A stretch of 32,000 nt of DNA from Nitrosomonadaceae bacterium (GTDB taxonomy: Bacteria > Pseudomonadota > Gammaproteobacteria > Burkholderiales > Nitrosomonadaceae). The notes beneath the pieces are model-generated. The model was given only the letters and a program-made list of their open reading frames with translations. It was not told the origin of the DNA and searched no databases. A program made the translations under genes and the position numbers. The DNA lies in NCBI GenBank assembly GCA_030646695.1, contig JAUSLF010000005.1:19793-51792 (forward strand), written 5' to 3'. Shown here one piece after another: positions 31,295 to 32,000 of the stretch; positions within the stretch are counted from its first letter, which is position 1, and each line of letters opens with the position of its first letter.

Positions 31295-31890
31295 TGGCGG
31301 GGGGCAGAGCAGGCGGCACCCTGCTGATCGGGGCGGTGCTGGGGGTGGTGATGGTGGCGGTGGTATTCGGCGGCGAGGCGGCCGTTTCCACCGACAAGTT
31401 CTGCACCAGTTGTCATTCGATGACTTACCCGGCGGCGGAGCTGAAGAAATCCTCGCACTATGGGGCGCTGGGCGCCAATCCGGGTTGCAAGGACTGTCAT
31501 ATTCCGCAGGGTTTCGAGAACTTCCATCTGGCGCTGTATACCCATGCAGTGGATGGGGCGCGGGAATTGTATCTGGAGTTTGCCGAGGATTATTCCACGC
31601 TGGAGAAGTTCAACGAGCGGCGGCTGATCATGGCGCATGATGCGCGCATGAACCTGAAGAAATGGGATAGCGTCACCTGCCGCGAATGTCACCGCGATCC
31701 GCAGCCACCGGGCGGGGACGCCAAGGCCGCGCACAAGAAGATGGAGACCGAGGGCGCGACCTGCATCGACTGCCACCAGAACCTGGTGCACAAGGCGGTG
31801 GCCGAGACCGATCTCAATGCCAGCCGCACGCAAAAGAAGTTGGTGCTGAAGGAAGTCAAGACCGACGAGGATGAGGACGAGGACGAGTGA
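31294..31890 (+). CDS. cycB: Membrane-anchored tetrahaem cytochrome cM552 (NapC/NirT family quinone reductase)
   Basis: The ATG overlaps the cycA stop (TGATG). The protein has an N-terminal TM helix and four CxxCH motifs (CTSCH, CKDCH, CRECH, CIDCH). The product is 198 aa. Confidence 0.92.
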   Translation: MAGGRAGGTLLIGAVLGVVMVAVVFGGEAAVSTDKFCTSCHSMTYPAAELKKSSHYGALGANPGCKDCHIPQGFENFHLALYTHAVDGARELYLEFAEDYSTLEKFNERRLIMAHDARMNLKKWDSVTCRECHRDPQPPGGDAKAAHKKMETEGATCIDCHQNLVHKAVAETDLNASRTQKKLVLKEVKTDEDEDEDE

Positions 31891-31913
31891 GGCTTCACAT
31901 CTGCCTGGTGTCC

Positions 31914-31940
31914 CCGCTGCCCACCCCGGGCAGCGGTCTT
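31914..31940 (+). terminator. Possible terminator after cycB
   Basis: The sequence is CCGCTGCCC-acccc-GGGCAGCGG (perfect 9-bp GC stem). It is followed by TCTTGCC, which is a poor U-tract. Confidence 0.35.
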
Positions 31941-32000
31941 GCCTGTAACTGCTCCCCTTTGTTGAACGACTATCGTCCGCTCAGCGCACCAGAGGCTGAG

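Overview
This window is mostly core chromosome from what looks like a betaproteobacterial ammonia oxidiser (Nitrosomonadaceae-like). That assignment is inferred from gene content and order, not from any search. I support 29 protein-coding genes and saw no tRNA, rRNA or CRISPR. In order they are: ilvC (3' part), psd, pssA and leuA; a TlpA-like redoxin; an SLT lytic transglycosylase and proS (minus strand); rppH; a di-haem cytochrome c peroxidase; a truncated IS3-family remnant; hfq-hflX-hflK-hflC-DUF2065-hisZ-purA; mtnA and a class II aldolase/SDR fusion (minus strand); a GNAT; a beta-barrel porin; ilvA; rpiA; phoU-ppx-corA; and the hydroxylamine-oxidation module hao-orf2(haoB)-cycA(c554)-cycB(cM552). 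That last module is the signature locus of ammonia-oxidising bacteria and is already well described. I see no defence island, toxin-antitoxin pair, phage block or other clearly novel multi-gene system, and I treat the window as largely ordinary. The best candidates for under-described biology are: (i) the tightly linked aldolase/SDR fusion and mtnA pair, which may be a fused 'DHAP-shunt'-type salvage route rather than rhamnose catabolism; (ii) haoB, a conserved membrane protein of unknown function that may be translationally coupled to hao; (iii) sequence blocks shared by the hao and cycA leaders, including a tandem 11-mer; and (iv) an IS3 remnant marking a synteny break upstream of hfq. Several ORF-track starts were moved to better-supported internal starts. 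All similarity statements come from my recognition of motifs and families, not from database searches.
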